Source: Alphaproteobacteria bacterium
Lineage (GTDB): Bacteria > Pseudomonadota > Alphaproteobacteria > Rickettsiales > UBA1997
Assembly (NCBI GenBank): GCA_030835905.1
Contig: JAURQX010000040.1
Location: forward strand, 299-64,298
Direction: 5' to 3'
DNA length: 64,000 nt
The translations under genes and the position numbers were made by a program. Shown piece after piece: positions 1-9,065 of this stretch. The notes below the pieces were generated by a model. It saw nothing but the letters and a program-made list of their open reading frames with translations. It was not told where the DNA came from and searched no databases. Every line of letters begins with the position of its first letter. Position 1 is the first letter of the stretch.

Positions 1-94
1 CCTAATTTGTCGATCTAGAGAATACAAGGGCTAAATGCGGTCTTGGGTCGTCCTAAAAATTTCGAACTTTTATGCTTGTTGAGGCAAGCAACAT

Positions 95-817
95 CTATTG
101 CAAACTTTTGAAGTTTACAATTAATGGCATATGGTCACTATAATCTATCCAGTCTTCATAACTTCCTACGTTAATGTTATCAACTTTTTCTAGCCAATAT
201 TTTCCTGCAAAAATATAATCTATATGATATGGCTTATTTTTTTTGCGAAACATATAAAGAGTATTATCGACCTCTTTTCCCTGCTCTATGTTTCTAATTT
301 TGTGATAGATACTTTCTATTCCAACCTTATCTAGAATATTTACTACATCCATATGATTAGCTTCTTTTTTATAATGATCCCAAATAACATTACTATTCCA
401 ATCTCCTAATATAAGAGTTTTTGTATCAAATAGATCTTTATAATAATTGATCGCTCTATGCAATTGAACAATATAGCTACTGTAAGGGTTTTTTGTATCT
501 TGAGTCCAAACTGCTAGTATTAGAAATTTATCCTCATTAAATTCGACATCAATTGGCAAAATATACTTATAGTCCTCATTATATGTTTTATTAATACTTA
601 TTTTAAGTTCTTTATTATAAGAGCATACTAAAAGCCCTTTATTAACATTTTTTCCAATCCATATAGATTGATGAGGGACTTTTAAATGTTGTTCAAAATC
701 TATTTTTTCTTTTGATTCTGATTCGGGAACAACCAAAATATCAGGATTATATTTTAGTATTTTATCAGCTTTTTTACGAAATGCCATTTGGCAATTCCAA
801 GTTATTATTTTTTCCAT
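95..817 (-). CDS. endonuclease/exonuclease/phosphatase (EEP) family protein
   Basis: ORF 95..844 (249 aa). The ITWNCQ N-terminus, GDWNS and C-terminal SDHMPL motifs fit the DNase I/ExoIII-like EEP fold. Start placed at the second Met (MEKIITWN, 817); 844 is the alternative. Confidence 0.75.
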   Translation of the reverse strand: MEKIITWNCQMAFRKKADKILKYNPDILVVPESESKEKIDFEQHLKVPHQSIWIGKNVNKGLLVCSYNKELKISINKTYNEDYKYILPIDVEFNEDKFLILAVWTQDTKNPYSSYIVQLHRAINYYKDLFDTKTLILGDWNSNVIWDHYKKEANHMDVVNILDKVGIESIYHKIRNIEQGKEVDNTLYMFRKKNKPYHIDYIFAGKYWLEKVDNINVGSYEDWIDYSDHMPLIVNFKSLQ

Positions 818-1117
818 AGACTCGTAGTAATAGTGTTTTAACAACTCAAATGTTATATATTAACTCGCAACACAATAAGAAGTAAAAATTTTTTTATGAT
901 TCTCTATTCTTTGTTTGGGTCGTCCCTTTTTACTGCCAGCAATATAAGGGTTTAAGGAGTTATTTTTCTGAAATTTTTAGTCATATTCTCCAAAAATCAT
1001 CAAAAATATCTATATTCCAAATTATAAATTCTGGGCATTTCTTCAAAACCCTGCCTCCGTTTTAGAAAAAGACAAAAGTAATTAGAAACTCTGAGTGCGC
1101 ATGAACAAAGGGTTTGT

Positions 1118-1183
1118 GAGTAACGATGAGTAATCGTTAGTAAACGAGAGTAGTTGTCAGTACTCCATAGTACCCTTGAGTAC
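1118..1183. repeat. phased 10-bp repeat array (7 units, each NAGTA plus 5 nt)
   Basis: NAGTA starts at 1118, 1128, 1138, 1148, 1158, 1168 and 1178. Units are gagtaacgat, gagtaatcgt, tagtaaacga, gagtagttgt, cagtactcca, tagtaccctt and gagtac. The array abuts the 3' CCA end of tRNA-Ser at 1184. Confidence 0.8.
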
Positions 1184-1273
1184 TGGCGGATGGGGTGAGA
1201 TTCGAACTCACGGTACGCGTGAACGCACGGCAGTTTTCAAGACTGCTGCCTTAAACCACTCGGCCACCCATCC
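1184..1273 (-). tRNA. tRNA-Ser (anticodon UGA)
   Basis: The reverse complement GGATGGGTGGCCGAGTGG...CCCATCCGCCA folds as a class II tRNA. It has anticodon stem GCAGT/ACTGC with loop CTTGAAA, a long variable arm, a TTCGAAT T-loop and an encoded CCA. Confidence 0.93.
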
Positions 1274-1450
1274 AAAATAAAAAAAAGAAAAATTCAAAGT
1301 TCAAATCGCTTTTCTCGCATATGCTCGAAGACGATTTTCACCTCAGGGATTTGCGTCGCTTTTTAAAAAAGCTCCTGATCCCGCTTTCTTGGATAAAATT
1401 ATGCGTTTAAGCATAATTTTATTGAAGAAAGCCTCGGCCACCCATCCAAA
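1259..1450. repeat. 18-bp direct repeat (tRNA-Ser 5' end plus upstream flank) bracketing a 156-bp insert
   Basis: ctcggccacccatccaaa occurs at 1259..1276 (part of the intact tRNA) and again at 1433..1450 (orphan copy). The 1277..1432 segment between them is visibly GC-richer and contains gcatatgc and an aaattatgc/gcataattt hairpin. Confidence 0.8.
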
Positions 1451-1645
1451 TAAAATTATATTTTAGATAAAAAAGGATGCAATCCTTAAAGGAAAATGAA
1501 CAATATTGCCAAGTTTTTATATTGCAATATTTCATCTTATTTTTGTTAAAAAGCTCATAAATAGATAGTGTGTTTCGTAAATTACTACTTGTAAAAAAAG
1601 ATAATATTTTTATGTTTTGAAGTCTTTTTGAATATTTGAGTAGTT

Positions 1646-1721
1646 GGGATTGTAGCTCAGCGGTTAGAGCAGGACGCTCATAACGTCTTGGTCGTAGGTT
1701 CGATCCCTACCAATCCCACCA
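1646..1721 (+). tRNA. tRNA with CAU anticodon (elongator Met or lysidine-type Ile2)
   Basis: GGGATTGTAGCTCAGCGGTTAGAGCAGGACGCTCATAACGTCTTGGTCGTAGGTTCGATCCCTACCAATCCCACCA gives a clean 76-nt cloverleaf. Position 1:72 is a G-C pair, so this is not an initiator. The anticodon arm resembles ileX-type tRNAs. Confidence 0.9.
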
Positions 1722-1747
1722 AAATTGTTAAAGAATTATAACTTTTT

Positions 1748-1814
1748 GGAATATTTGCCAACTATTAAATTCACGTACTAATGTACATTAAAATTTAAAA
1801 ACTTGCAAATTTCC
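1748..1814. repeat. imperfect palindromic element (short copy, CGTAC-loop-GTAC apex)
   Basis: Left arm ggaatatttgccaactattaaattcacgtac pairs imperfectly with gtacattaaaatttaaaaacttgcaaatttcc. The apex is like that of the 28643..28788 element. It lies between the tRNA and rpmI. Confidence 0.6.
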
Positions 1815-1946
1815 TTAATAAATCTTAATTAATTGAGTGTTTTTTATCAAAAATTGCTAAAACTTTATAGTTTTAGACATAAATTTATGGGTTTTTAAAA
1901 GTTGGCGTGTGCCAGCTACCTATATTTTGGAAGTTCATTAATACAT

Positions 1947-2150
1947 ATGCCAAAAGTTAAAACAAATAGTAGTGCTAAGAAGAGATTCAAGGTTACAGCT
2001 TCAGGTAGAATTAAATTTAAGCAAGCAGGAAAAAGACATAATCTTGGCAAAAAAAGCCAAAAAAGAATCAGAAATCTGCGTCAAGGCGCAATTATGGCTG
2101 ATGGCTTTGCCAAAAGTGTTTTGGTTTACAGATTACCTAATGATAATTAA
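1947..2150 (+). CDS. rpmI: 50S ribosomal protein L35
   Basis: [33 protein letters not shown] is a typical L35 sequence. Start moved to the internal ATG at 1947 of ORF 1902..2150. rplT follows. Confidence 0.92.
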   Translation: MPKVKTNSSAKKRFKVTASGRIKFKQAGKRHNLGKKSQKRIRNLRQGAIMADGFAKSVLVYRLPNDN

Positions 2151-2196
2151 TCTCAAAAAACCTAAAGTTAGTAACAATTGAATTTAAATTTAAAAA

Positions 2197-2559
2197 ATGA
2201 GTAGAGTTAGAAAAGCTGTAGTAAAAAAAGCCCGACACAAAAAAATATTAAAGATGGCCAAAGGCTATCGCGGTCGTTCAAAAAATTGTTTCCGTATTGC
2301 GATTGAAAGAGTCGAAAAAGCTTTGCAATATGCCTATCGTGACCGAAAGGTTAGAAAAAGAGATTTTCGTAGTCTTTGGATTCAAAGAATTAACGCTGCT
2401 GTAAGAGAGCAGGGTTTAATTTATTCTCAATTTATTTCTGGTATTAAGTTAGCTAAAATCGATATTGATCGTAAAGTTTTGGCTGATTTGGCAGTTAAAG
2501 AACCAAAAACTTTTGGTCAAATAGTTGAAAAAGCCAAAAAGGCTCTTGAATCTAAATAA
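2197..2559 (+). CDS. rplT: 50S ribosomal protein L20
   Basis: [27 protein letters not shown]...[24 protein letters not shown] is a canonical L20 sequence. Confidence 0.95.
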   Translation: MSRVRKAVVKKARHKKILKMAKGYRGRSKNCFRIAIERVEKALQYAYRDRKVRKRDFRSLWIQRINAAVREQGLIYSQFISGIKLAKIDIDRKVLADLAVKEPKTFGQIVEKAKKALESK

Positions 2560-2584
2560 ATTTTTAAGCAACCAATAGTCATCT

Positions 2585-3058
2585 ATGAAGCTTTATAATG
2601 CTTACATTAGAAAAAATAGCAGTGGCAAAATAGATGATTTGGTTATAGCCAAAGATGGATTTTCTCTAACAGCATTTATTTTTGGTCCCTTGTGGTTTTT
2701 ATACCATAAAATGTGGCAAGAGACTTTGTTTTTATTTGCATTTAATATTGCTATAAGCTTGGCATCTTTCTTTTCTGAAATTGACAAGGCAATACTTCAG
2801 ACGGTTTTATCATTCATGATTGCTATAAACGCCACTTATTGGTATGGCCAATATATTGAAAAAAAACATTATCAATTTTTAAATATAGCATTTGCTAATA
2901 GTAAAGAAGAGGCTTTGCTTGAAATCAAAAATCAATATAAAGATACCTATTTTAAAGATGTTAAAGAATTTGATGCTGATTTCTTGGATCCAAAAATTTC
3001 TGATAAGATAATTCCTAAATTCTTTAAACGCCAATTTGCGTTTAAGAAATTAATTTAA
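2585..3058 (+). CDS. DUF2628-like small membrane protein
   Basis: The GFSLTAFIFGPLWFLYHKMW motif and two hydrophobic segments are typical of DUF2628 proteins. Confidence 0.6.
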   Translation: MKLYNAYIRKNSSGKIDDLVIAKDGFSLTAFIFGPLWFLYHKMWQETLFLFAFNIAISLASFFSEIDKAILQTVLSFMIAINATYWYGQYIEKKHYQFLNIAFANSKEEALLEIKNQYKDTYFKDVKEFDADFLDPKISDKIIPKFFKRQFAFKKLI

Positions 3059-3073
3059 AAGAGTTACTAATTT

Positions 3074-3242
3074 CTTAGACACTGTTGTTAAAGGTTTTGA
3101 ATTTTAGATTTTTTCTTATTTTGAACGCTTTTTTGCTAAAATTTTTTCTCAAATATCAGGAAATATTTGAAAAAAATTTAGCAAAAAAATAAGTAAAATA
3201 AGGTAAAAAATAATTTAAAAACTTTTAACAGCAGTGTCTAAG
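3074..3242. repeat. 169-bp imperfect palindromic element
   Basis: cttagacactgttgttaaaggtttt...aaaacttttaacagcagtgtctaag. The arms pair at about 80% identity along their whole length, with apex tcaaatat-cagga-aatatttga. Confidence 0.85.
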
Positions 3243-3285
3243 CACAAATTGGCGTTTTAATGTTCAAAAGAAAACTCACTGCATA

Positions 3286-3909
3286 ATGTCAAAAATTTGC
3301 ATTATAGACTATGAATCCGGTAATGTTGCTTCGGTTTTTAATGCTTTTCAAAGTTTTAATCAAGATAATCAGCTGATAATTTCTAATGATTTAAAAGATA
3401 TAAAAAACTCTGATTTTTTGATATTGCCTGGAGTTGGTGCATTTGCCGATTGCATGGAGGGCTTAAAAAAAATCGATGGCCTAATTAATGAAATTAAGCA
3501 ACAGGTTTTAATAAATAAAAAACCATTTCTTGGAATTTGTGTTGGGATGCAAGTTTTGGCTAAAACTGGCTTTGAAAATGGAGAGCATAAAGGCTTAGAT
3601 TTTATAAATGGCGATGTAAAGCCAATTCCTCAACTCAACAATCTCAAGGTTCCTCATATGGGATGGAACAATATTGTAGTAAGTAATCAAAATAGTCTTC
3701 TGAAAAATATATCAGAAAATGAGCATTTCTACTTTGCTAATTCATATTATTTTATAGCCAAAAATACCCAAAATATATCTGCCAAAGTCAAGCATGGAGT
3801 TGAAATTCCAGCAATTATAAATAGGAACAATATCTTTGGTGTACAGTTTCACCCTGAAAAAAGTGGTGAAGTTGGTTTAAAAATTCTTCAAAACTTTCTT
3901 AATCAATAG
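3286..3909 (+). CDS. hisH: imidazole glycerol phosphate synthase, glutamine amidotransferase subunit HisH-like
   Basis: Class I GATase motifs are present: LPGVGAF, GICVGMQ (catalytic Cys), HMGWN and GVQFHPEKS. Confidence 0.85.
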   Translation: MSKICIIDYESGNVASVFNAFQSFNQDNQLIISNDLKDIKNSDFLILPGVGAFADCMEGLKKIDGLINEIKQQVLINKKPFLGICVGMQVLAKTGFENGEHKGLDFINGDVKPIPQLNNLKVPHMGWNNIVVSNQNSLLKNISENEHFYFANSYYFIAKNTQNISAKVKHGVEIPAIINRNNIFGVQFHPEKSGEVGLKILQNFLNQ

Positions 3910-3915
3910 TAAAAT

Positions 3916-4962
3916 TTGTTAAAGCTTTCTGAATTTATAAATGATTATCTTTATAATCCAAATTCTGGCTATTATCGCAAAGAAAATCCAATAGGCAAAG
4001 ATCAAGACTTTATAACTTCTCCCGAAATTAGTTCAATTTTTGGTGAATTACTTGCTCTTTATTTGCTACAAATTACCGCTGATAAAAAAAAATTATCTTT
4101 AGTTGAAATGGGGGCAGGGCATGGAACTTGGTTTTTTGATATTTTGGTAACAATTCATAAATTGGCTGAAAAAGATGTTAAAGCTGCTAAAAATTTTTTA
4201 AACAAAGTAGAGTTTTTTGTGGTTGAAATAAGTGAATCACTAATCTCAATTCAACAAAATAAGTTAAAAAATTTTAAAATTTCATGGTGTAAAAATTTTG
4301 ATGAATTTATTCAAAAAAAATCTCTAGATAGCGAGATAATATTTATATCAAATGAGCTTTTTGATTGTTTTGCAATCGATCAATATGTCAAAACTGATAT
4401 TGGTTGGTGCATGAGATTGATTGATATTAAAAATCAAAAAATTGATTTTAAGTTAGATAATTTTAATCCTAAAATTCATCAGTTCATCGAAGAAAATCTT
4501 GGATATAAAGAATCGCAAAATGCACCAATTTCTGCAGTTTTTGAATTTAGTCAAAGTGGCTTTAATTTTGCTAATCAGCTATTTAAAGCAATCAAAGAAT
4601 TTGGTGGTATTGCTATAAATATAGATTATGGTCATGAAAACCTTGAATTCACTAATACTCTTCAAGCAATCAGTAATCATCAAAAAATTAAATTTAGCGA
4701 TATTTTAACGCTTAATAAAAAGTGCGACATTACGTCTCATGTTGATTTTTTGATGTTAGATAGAGTAGCTAAAAAAAGTAATTTAGAAACATCATTAGTA
4801 AATCAAGGTGATTTTTTGCTAAGCCTTGGAATTTTAACTAGGAAAGAACAAATTTTAAAACAGAAAAATATTGATCAAGAAAAGGTTAATAATGCAATTA
4901 ATCGCTTGATTAATAAAGAAGAAATGGGAGATTTATTTAAGGTTCATATTGCTTGGCGGTAA
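3916..4962 (+). CDS. SAM-dependent methyltransferase, DUF185/MidA (NDUFAF7-like) family
   Basis: [17 protein letters not shown] and the [11 protein letters not shown]-binding motif. TTG start 7 nt after the hisH stop. Confidence 0.75.
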   Translation: MLKLSEFINDYLYNPNSGYYRKENPIGKDQDFITSPEISSIFGELLALYLLQITADKKKLSLVEMGAGHGTWFFDILVTIHKLAEKDVKAAKNFLNKVEFFVVEISESLISIQQNKLKNFKISWCKNFDEFIQKKSLDSEIIFISNELFDCFAIDQYVKTDIGWCMRLIDIKNQKIDFKLDNFNPKIHQFIEENLGYKESQNAPISAVFEFSQSGFNFANQLFKAIKEFGGIAINIDYGHENLEFTNTLQAISNHQKIKFSDILTLNKKCDITSHVDFLMLDRVAKKSNLETSLVNQGDFLLSLGILTRKEQILKQKNIDQEKVNNAINRLINKEEMGDLFKVHIAWR

Positions 4963-5003
4963 AATATTATCGTAAAAGATTAAAGCTTTTAAAACTAATA
5001 GAA

Positions 5004-6011
5004 ATGAAATTTAGTGATCAAACCAAACCATCTATAGTTGATCAAATTATATTAAATACTAATTACAATCTAAATCAACGTCACGAATGGCAATTAGAAG
5101 AGGTAGAGCATTTATTTTCTTTGCCTTTTAATGATTTAGTTTTTAAGGCCGCTCAAATTCATCGAGCTAATTTTGATGCAAACGAGGTGCAAATCAGCAC
5201 GCTTTTAAGTATCAAAACCGGCTCTTGTCCCGAAAATTGTAAATATTGTCCACAGTCAGCCCATTATAATACTGGTCTTGAAAAAGAATCTTTGATGGCG
5301 ATTGATAAAATTTTAGAAGCAGCTAATGAAGCCAAAAATAGTGGCGCTTCTAGATTTTGCATGGGGGCCGCTTGGCGCAGTTTGCATGATCGTGATGTTG
5401 AAAATATATGCGAAATTGTTAAAGAAGTTAGGAAAACCGGCTTAGAAACTTGCATGACTTTAGGTATGTTAACCAAAACTCAAAGTGAAAAATTAAAAGA
5501 AGCAGGCCTAGATTACTACAACCACAATATTGATTCTTCAGAAGAATTCTATTCAGAAATTATCTCAACTCGTAACTTTCAAGATCGCTTAGATACCCTT
5601 AAAAATGTGCGCGATTCGGGTTTAAATGTTTGCAGTGGTGGGATTGTTGGCATGGGAGAATCTTTGCAAGATCGTGCTAAAATGCTGATTGTGCTGGCAA
5701 ATTTGCCGAAACATCCTGAGTCGGTGCCAATTAATATGCTGGTTAAAGTTAAGGGCACGCCCTTAGAAAATGTGAAAGATCTAGATCAATTTGATTTTAT
5801 TCGTACTATTGCTGTGGCAAGAATTATGATGCCAAAATCTGTTGTTAGATTATCAGCCGGCAGAGAAGAAATGAATGAGCAAACTCAAGCTTTATGTTTT
5901 TTAGCTGGCGCAAATTCAATTTTTTATGGTGATAAATTACTAACTACCAACAATCCTGAAGCTCAAAAAGATCAGGAATTATTTGTAAAATTAGGAATCA
6001 ACAAAAAATAA
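5004..6011 (+). CDS. bioB: biotin synthase
   Basis: Radical-SAM motif [11 protein letters not shown], plus [12 protein letters not shown] and NHNIDSS. Start placed at ATG 5004 inside ORF 4953..6011. Confidence 0.92.
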   Translation: MKFSDQTKPSIVDQIILNTNYNLNQRHEWQLEEVEHLFSLPFNDLVFKAAQIHRANFDANEVQISTLLSIKTGSCPENCKYCPQSAHYNTGLEKESLMAIDKILEAANEAKNSGASRFCMGAAWRSLHDRDVENICEIVKEVRKTGLETCMTLGMLTKTQSEKLKEAGLDYYNHNIDSSEEFYSEIISTRNFQDRLDTLKNVRDSGLNVCSGGIVGMGESLQDRAKMLIVLANLPKHPESVPINMLVKVKGTPLENVKDLDQFDFIRTIAVARIMMPKSVVRLSAGREEMNEQTQALCFLAGANSIFYGDKLLTTNNPEAQKDQELFVKLGINKK

Positions 6012-6012
6012 C

Positions 6013-6999
6013 ATGTCAAAGAACAAAAATAGCAAAAAAGCCTTCTCAATGATGGAGTTAAGTGTGACAATAGTTGTATCTGCAGTTGTGGTTATGGCTT
6101 TGATTAAAGCAAATTCATTGTTTTCAAAGGTTGAAGAAGTTGGAAATAAGTGGGTTTCACAAAAAATTGAAGTAAAACAACCTCCATCAGGATGTCAGGG
6201 TGGAGATATTGTTGATAGCGAAACTGTCCCAGGGAAAATTATTCATATTTTCAATACAAGTGGAATTTTGGATTGTAATGCGGCTTTTGATGTCGAGTAT
6301 TTGATTGTTGGTGGCGGAGGTGGCACTAGATCTAATGGTGGAGGTGGGGGAGGTGCCGGAGGATTTTTAACTGGTACAACATCAATAACTGCAGGTAGTC
6401 ATGAGGTAGTAGTTGGAGATGGAGGTCTAGCATATTCTTCTTTGCCATATTATCCCTATACTCCATCAAGTGGCAAAGATTCAAGTTTCTTTGGCTTGAT
6501 AGCTAAAGGTGGGGGTTGTGGCGGTAGTAATGAGGCCGATAACAATACGCCAAGACCAAAGGGTTGTAATGGAGGATCTGGTGGTGGTATGGGAAAAGGT
6601 GGTGGTACTAGAACTGCTTGGATTGCTACTGGTACTGCTGGACAAGGTTATAATGGCGGTAGAAATGGCACCGATCCTTACAATAATTTCAAATATTCTT
6701 CTGGTGGCGGTGGTGGTGCTGGTGGTGCTGGTGGCAATGGTAATGGTCTCAAAGGTGGCAAAGGTGGTGATGGTCTCTTGTCTACTATAACAGGAGTTTC
6801 AAAATGGTATGCGGTTGGTGGTCCAGGTAGTTGCTCTAATCCTGAAAATCTTACTTATTACGCTGGAGCTACAGCTTCTGGAGGGGCTGCTTGGGATCAA
6901 GACGGGCAACCAAATACTGGAAATGGTGCTGGAGCTTGGGGCAAAAACGGTGGTTCTGGAATCGTGGTAATTCGTTATGACGCACCACCATCTTCATAA
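6013..6999 (+). CDS. pilin-like (class III signal) protein with glycine-rich C-terminal domain
   Basis: N-terminus KKAFSMMELSVTIVVSAVVV has the pattern F+1, E+5 and a hydrophobic helix. The rest carries VGGGGGTRSNGGGGGGAGG and further Gly runs, ending GGSGIVVIRY. Confidence 0.7.
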   Translation: MSKNKNSKKAFSMMELSVTIVVSAVVVMALIKANSLFSKVEEVGNKWVSQKIEVKQPPSGCQGGDIVDSETVPGKIIHIFNTSGILDCNAAFDVEYLIVGGGGGTRSNGGGGGGAGGFLTGTTSITAGSHEVVVGDGGLAYSSLPYYPYTPSSGKDSSFFGLIAKGGGCGGSNEADNNTPRPKGCNGGSGGGMGKGGGTRTAWIATGTAGQGYNGGRNGTDPYNNFKYSSGGGGGAGGAGGNGNGLKGGKGGDGLLSTITGVSKWYAVGGPGSCSNPENLTYYAGATASGGAAWDQDGQPNTGNGAGAWGKNGGSGIVVIRYDAPPSS

Positions 7000-7037
7000 G
7001 ATTTGCAACATAAAAACTTTATTCAAATATTTAAATT

Positions 7038-7505
7038 ATGTCGAAATTCTCAAATAAAATAAAATCTCTTGGAATTGAATTAAAAGAGCCACCTAAACCG
7101 GTAGCTAATTATGTAGGTTTTGTAAAATCAGGTAATCTAGTCTCAATATCTGGTCAATTGCCATTATTAGATGGAAAATTGCAATATATTGGTAAAGTTG
7201 GATCTGAAGTTTCGGCTGAAGATGCTAATCGCGCAGCAAGGATATGTGCGATCAATATTTTAGCTCAGTTAAATTCAGCTTGCGATGGCGATCTTGAAAG
7301 AGTTAGAAGATGTATCAAACTTGGCATTTTTGTTAATGGGGTAGCTAATTTTAAAGAGCACCCGCAAGTAGCTAATGGTGCATCTGATTTGATTGCTGAA
7401 GTTTTTGGTGAGGCTGGCAAGCATTCAAGAGCAGCGGTTGGCTCAGGCTCGTTGCCTTTTGGTGTTGCGGTCGAAGTAGATGCTTTATTTGAAATTGAGG
7501 AGTAA
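7038..7505 (+). CDS. RidA/YjgF/UK114 family protein
   Basis: Size is 155 aa. NYVGFVKSGNLVSISGQLP and the C-terminal VEVDALFEI are typical of the family. Confidence 0.8.
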   Translation: MSKFSNKIKSLGIELKEPPKPVANYVGFVKSGNLVSISGQLPLLDGKLQYIGKVGSEVSAEDANRAARICAINILAQLNSACDGDLERVRRCIKLGIFVNGVANFKEHPQVANGASDLIAEVFGEAGKHSRAAVGSGSLPFGVAVEVDALFEIEE

Positions 7506-7509
7506 TTTA

Positions 7510-8463
7510 ATGTCGCTTACAGATTTTAAAATTTTAGATTATAATAAGGTTTTAAAATCTTACGATCTTATCAAAAGCTACATCTTTAGGACTGCAATTG
7601 TTTCTAATAAAAAAATCAATCAACTATTGAATGCTGAAATTTTCTTTAAGATGGAAAATCAGCAAATAACTCTCTCATTTAAAGCTAGAGGTGCCTTTAA
7701 TGCCATTTTATCTTACCAAGAAAAAAATGGCTTTTTACCCAAGAAAATCGTGGTTCAAAGTTCTGGAAATCATGCCCAAGCGGTAGCCTATGTTGCTAAA
7801 AATCTGGGCCTTGAGGTTTTGGTTTACATGGCTAGTAACGTTTCGCCTTTCAAAATTGACAAAGTCAAAGAGTTGGGTGCTAAAGTAGTAATCTGTCAAG
7901 AGCGTAGTGAAGCCAACAAATTGGCGCAAGAAAAGCAAAGTGAGGGCTATTTCTTTATTCATCCTTCTGATAATGATGAAGTAATTTTAGGGCAAGCTAC
8001 TTGCGCTTTAGAAATTTTTGATCAGGTACAAGATTTATCAGCAATTTTTGCCCCATGTGGCGGAGGTGGGTTACTTGCTGGTTGTTATTTATCAGCTCTT
8101 GCCAAATCGCCTAAAACTAAGGTTTTTGGCTGTGAACCTGAAATGGCTAATGATGCTTTTTTATCACTAAAAAATAATAAAATTTATTCATTTACAACGT
8201 CTCCTAATACTATAGCTGATGGAGCAAGAACCTTAGCCGTTTCCAACAGATGTTTTAATTATTTAAAAAAAATAACAGAAATACTAGAGATAAGCGAAGA
8301 AAAAATTAAATTCTGGCAAGAGTTTTTATCTAATAATTTAGGTGAGGCGATAGAGCCAACATCTGCTCTTACAATTGCTGGAATTGAAAAATATTTGCAG
8401 CAAAACCCACAAGAATCTGGTAAAAAATACTGCGCTATTATAACTGGCGGTAATTTATACTAA
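7510..8463 (+). CDS. PLP-dependent threonine/serine dehydratase family enzyme
   Basis: SFKARGAFN (PLP lysine), SSGNHAQAVA and a GGGGL loop. Start placed at ATG 7510 of ORF 7480..8463. Confidence 0.8.
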   Translation: MSLTDFKILDYNKVLKSYDLIKSYIFRTAIVSNKKINQLLNAEIFFKMENQQITLSFKARGAFNAILSYQEKNGFLPKKIVVQSSGNHAQAVAYVAKNLGLEVLVYMASNVSPFKIDKVKELGAKVVICQERSEANKLAQEKQSEGYFFIHPSDNDEVILGQATCALEIFDQVQDLSAIFAPCGGGGLLAGCYLSALAKSPKTKVFGCEPEMANDAFLSLKNNKIYSFTTSPNTIADGARTLAVSNRCFNYLKKITEILEISEEKIKFWQEFLSNNLGEAIEPTSALTIAGIEKYLQQNPQESGKKYCAIITGGNLY

Positions 8464-8895
8464 TTCTTTAGCTTCGGTATTTATTAAGAATTCTATGGAT
8501 TCTCGCAAATTAATAAATATATAGCGATAAATTCTTTCTCTAACTTCTCTGCTTCTCGTAGCTCTGAAAGCTGTAGTAACATTTAATTCTTTTTTAAGTA
8601 AATTAATACCAATATTGTAAGCTATTTTTCGTGCCATCTGACCTTTTGTAGTAAATTCACCATCACTTACAAAGTCATCTTCATGGTAATTTTCAATGTT
8701 GATTAACATTTCTTCAATATCTTGAGTTATAATTTCTCTAACTTGATTTATTGTATTGGGATTAGCCTTTTTAAAAAGATTAAAAGCAATTTTTAGCGGT
8801 GAATATTTAATTGAAGAATTTAAATGTTTATTAATGCCAGCCTCAACAAGTTTTGTTAACTCAAAACCAAGACTATGATTAATTAAATTTGACAT
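8455..8895 (-). CDS. hypothetical protein
   Basis: Intact 146-aa ORF in an otherwise empty interval. I recognise no motif. Confidence 0.5.
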   Translation of the reverse strand: MSNLINHSLGFELTKLVEAGINKHLNSSIKYSPLKIAFNLFKKANPNTINQVREIITQDIEEMLINIENYHEDDFVSDGEFTTKGQMARKIAYNIGINLLKKELNVTTAFRATRSREVRERIYRYIFINLRESIEFLINTEAKELV

Positions 8896-8928
8896 TGAGT
8901 TAGTTTATAATCTGGAAATTTAATATTT

Positions 8929-9004
8929 TGGTAGCGGGAGAGGGACTTGAACCCCCGACCAATGGATTATGATCCCACTGCTCTACCGACTGAGCTATCC
9001 CGCC
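8929..9004 (-). tRNA. tRNA-Met (anticodon CAU), elongator-type
   Basis: The reverse complement GGCGGGATAGCTCAGTCGGTAGAGCAGTGGGATCATAATCCATTGGTCGGGGGTTCAAGTCCCTCTCCCGCTACCA folds as a cloverleaf with a CAT anticodon. It lacks the GGG/CCC anticodon stem of initiators. Confidence 0.85.
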
Positions 9005-9011
9005 AAAATGT

Positions 9012-9036
9012 AAAAACGCCAAATTGGCGTTAAAAA
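9012..9036 (-). terminator. bidirectional rho-independent terminator-like hairpin
   Basis: aaaaacgccaaattggcgttaaaaaa has a GC-containing stem aacgcc/ggcgtt flanked by A/T runs on both strands. It lies downstream of the ABC exporter operon. Confidence 0.5.
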
Positions 9037-9065
9037 ATCATTATAGTTGGTAATAATTTAATAAT

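Noticed and set aside
6509..6790. 93-aa ORF inside the glycine-rich gene
   Set aside because: It is an alternative frame of GGT-rich DNA and translates to Val/Leu/Met runs. It is fully contained in a better-supported ORF.
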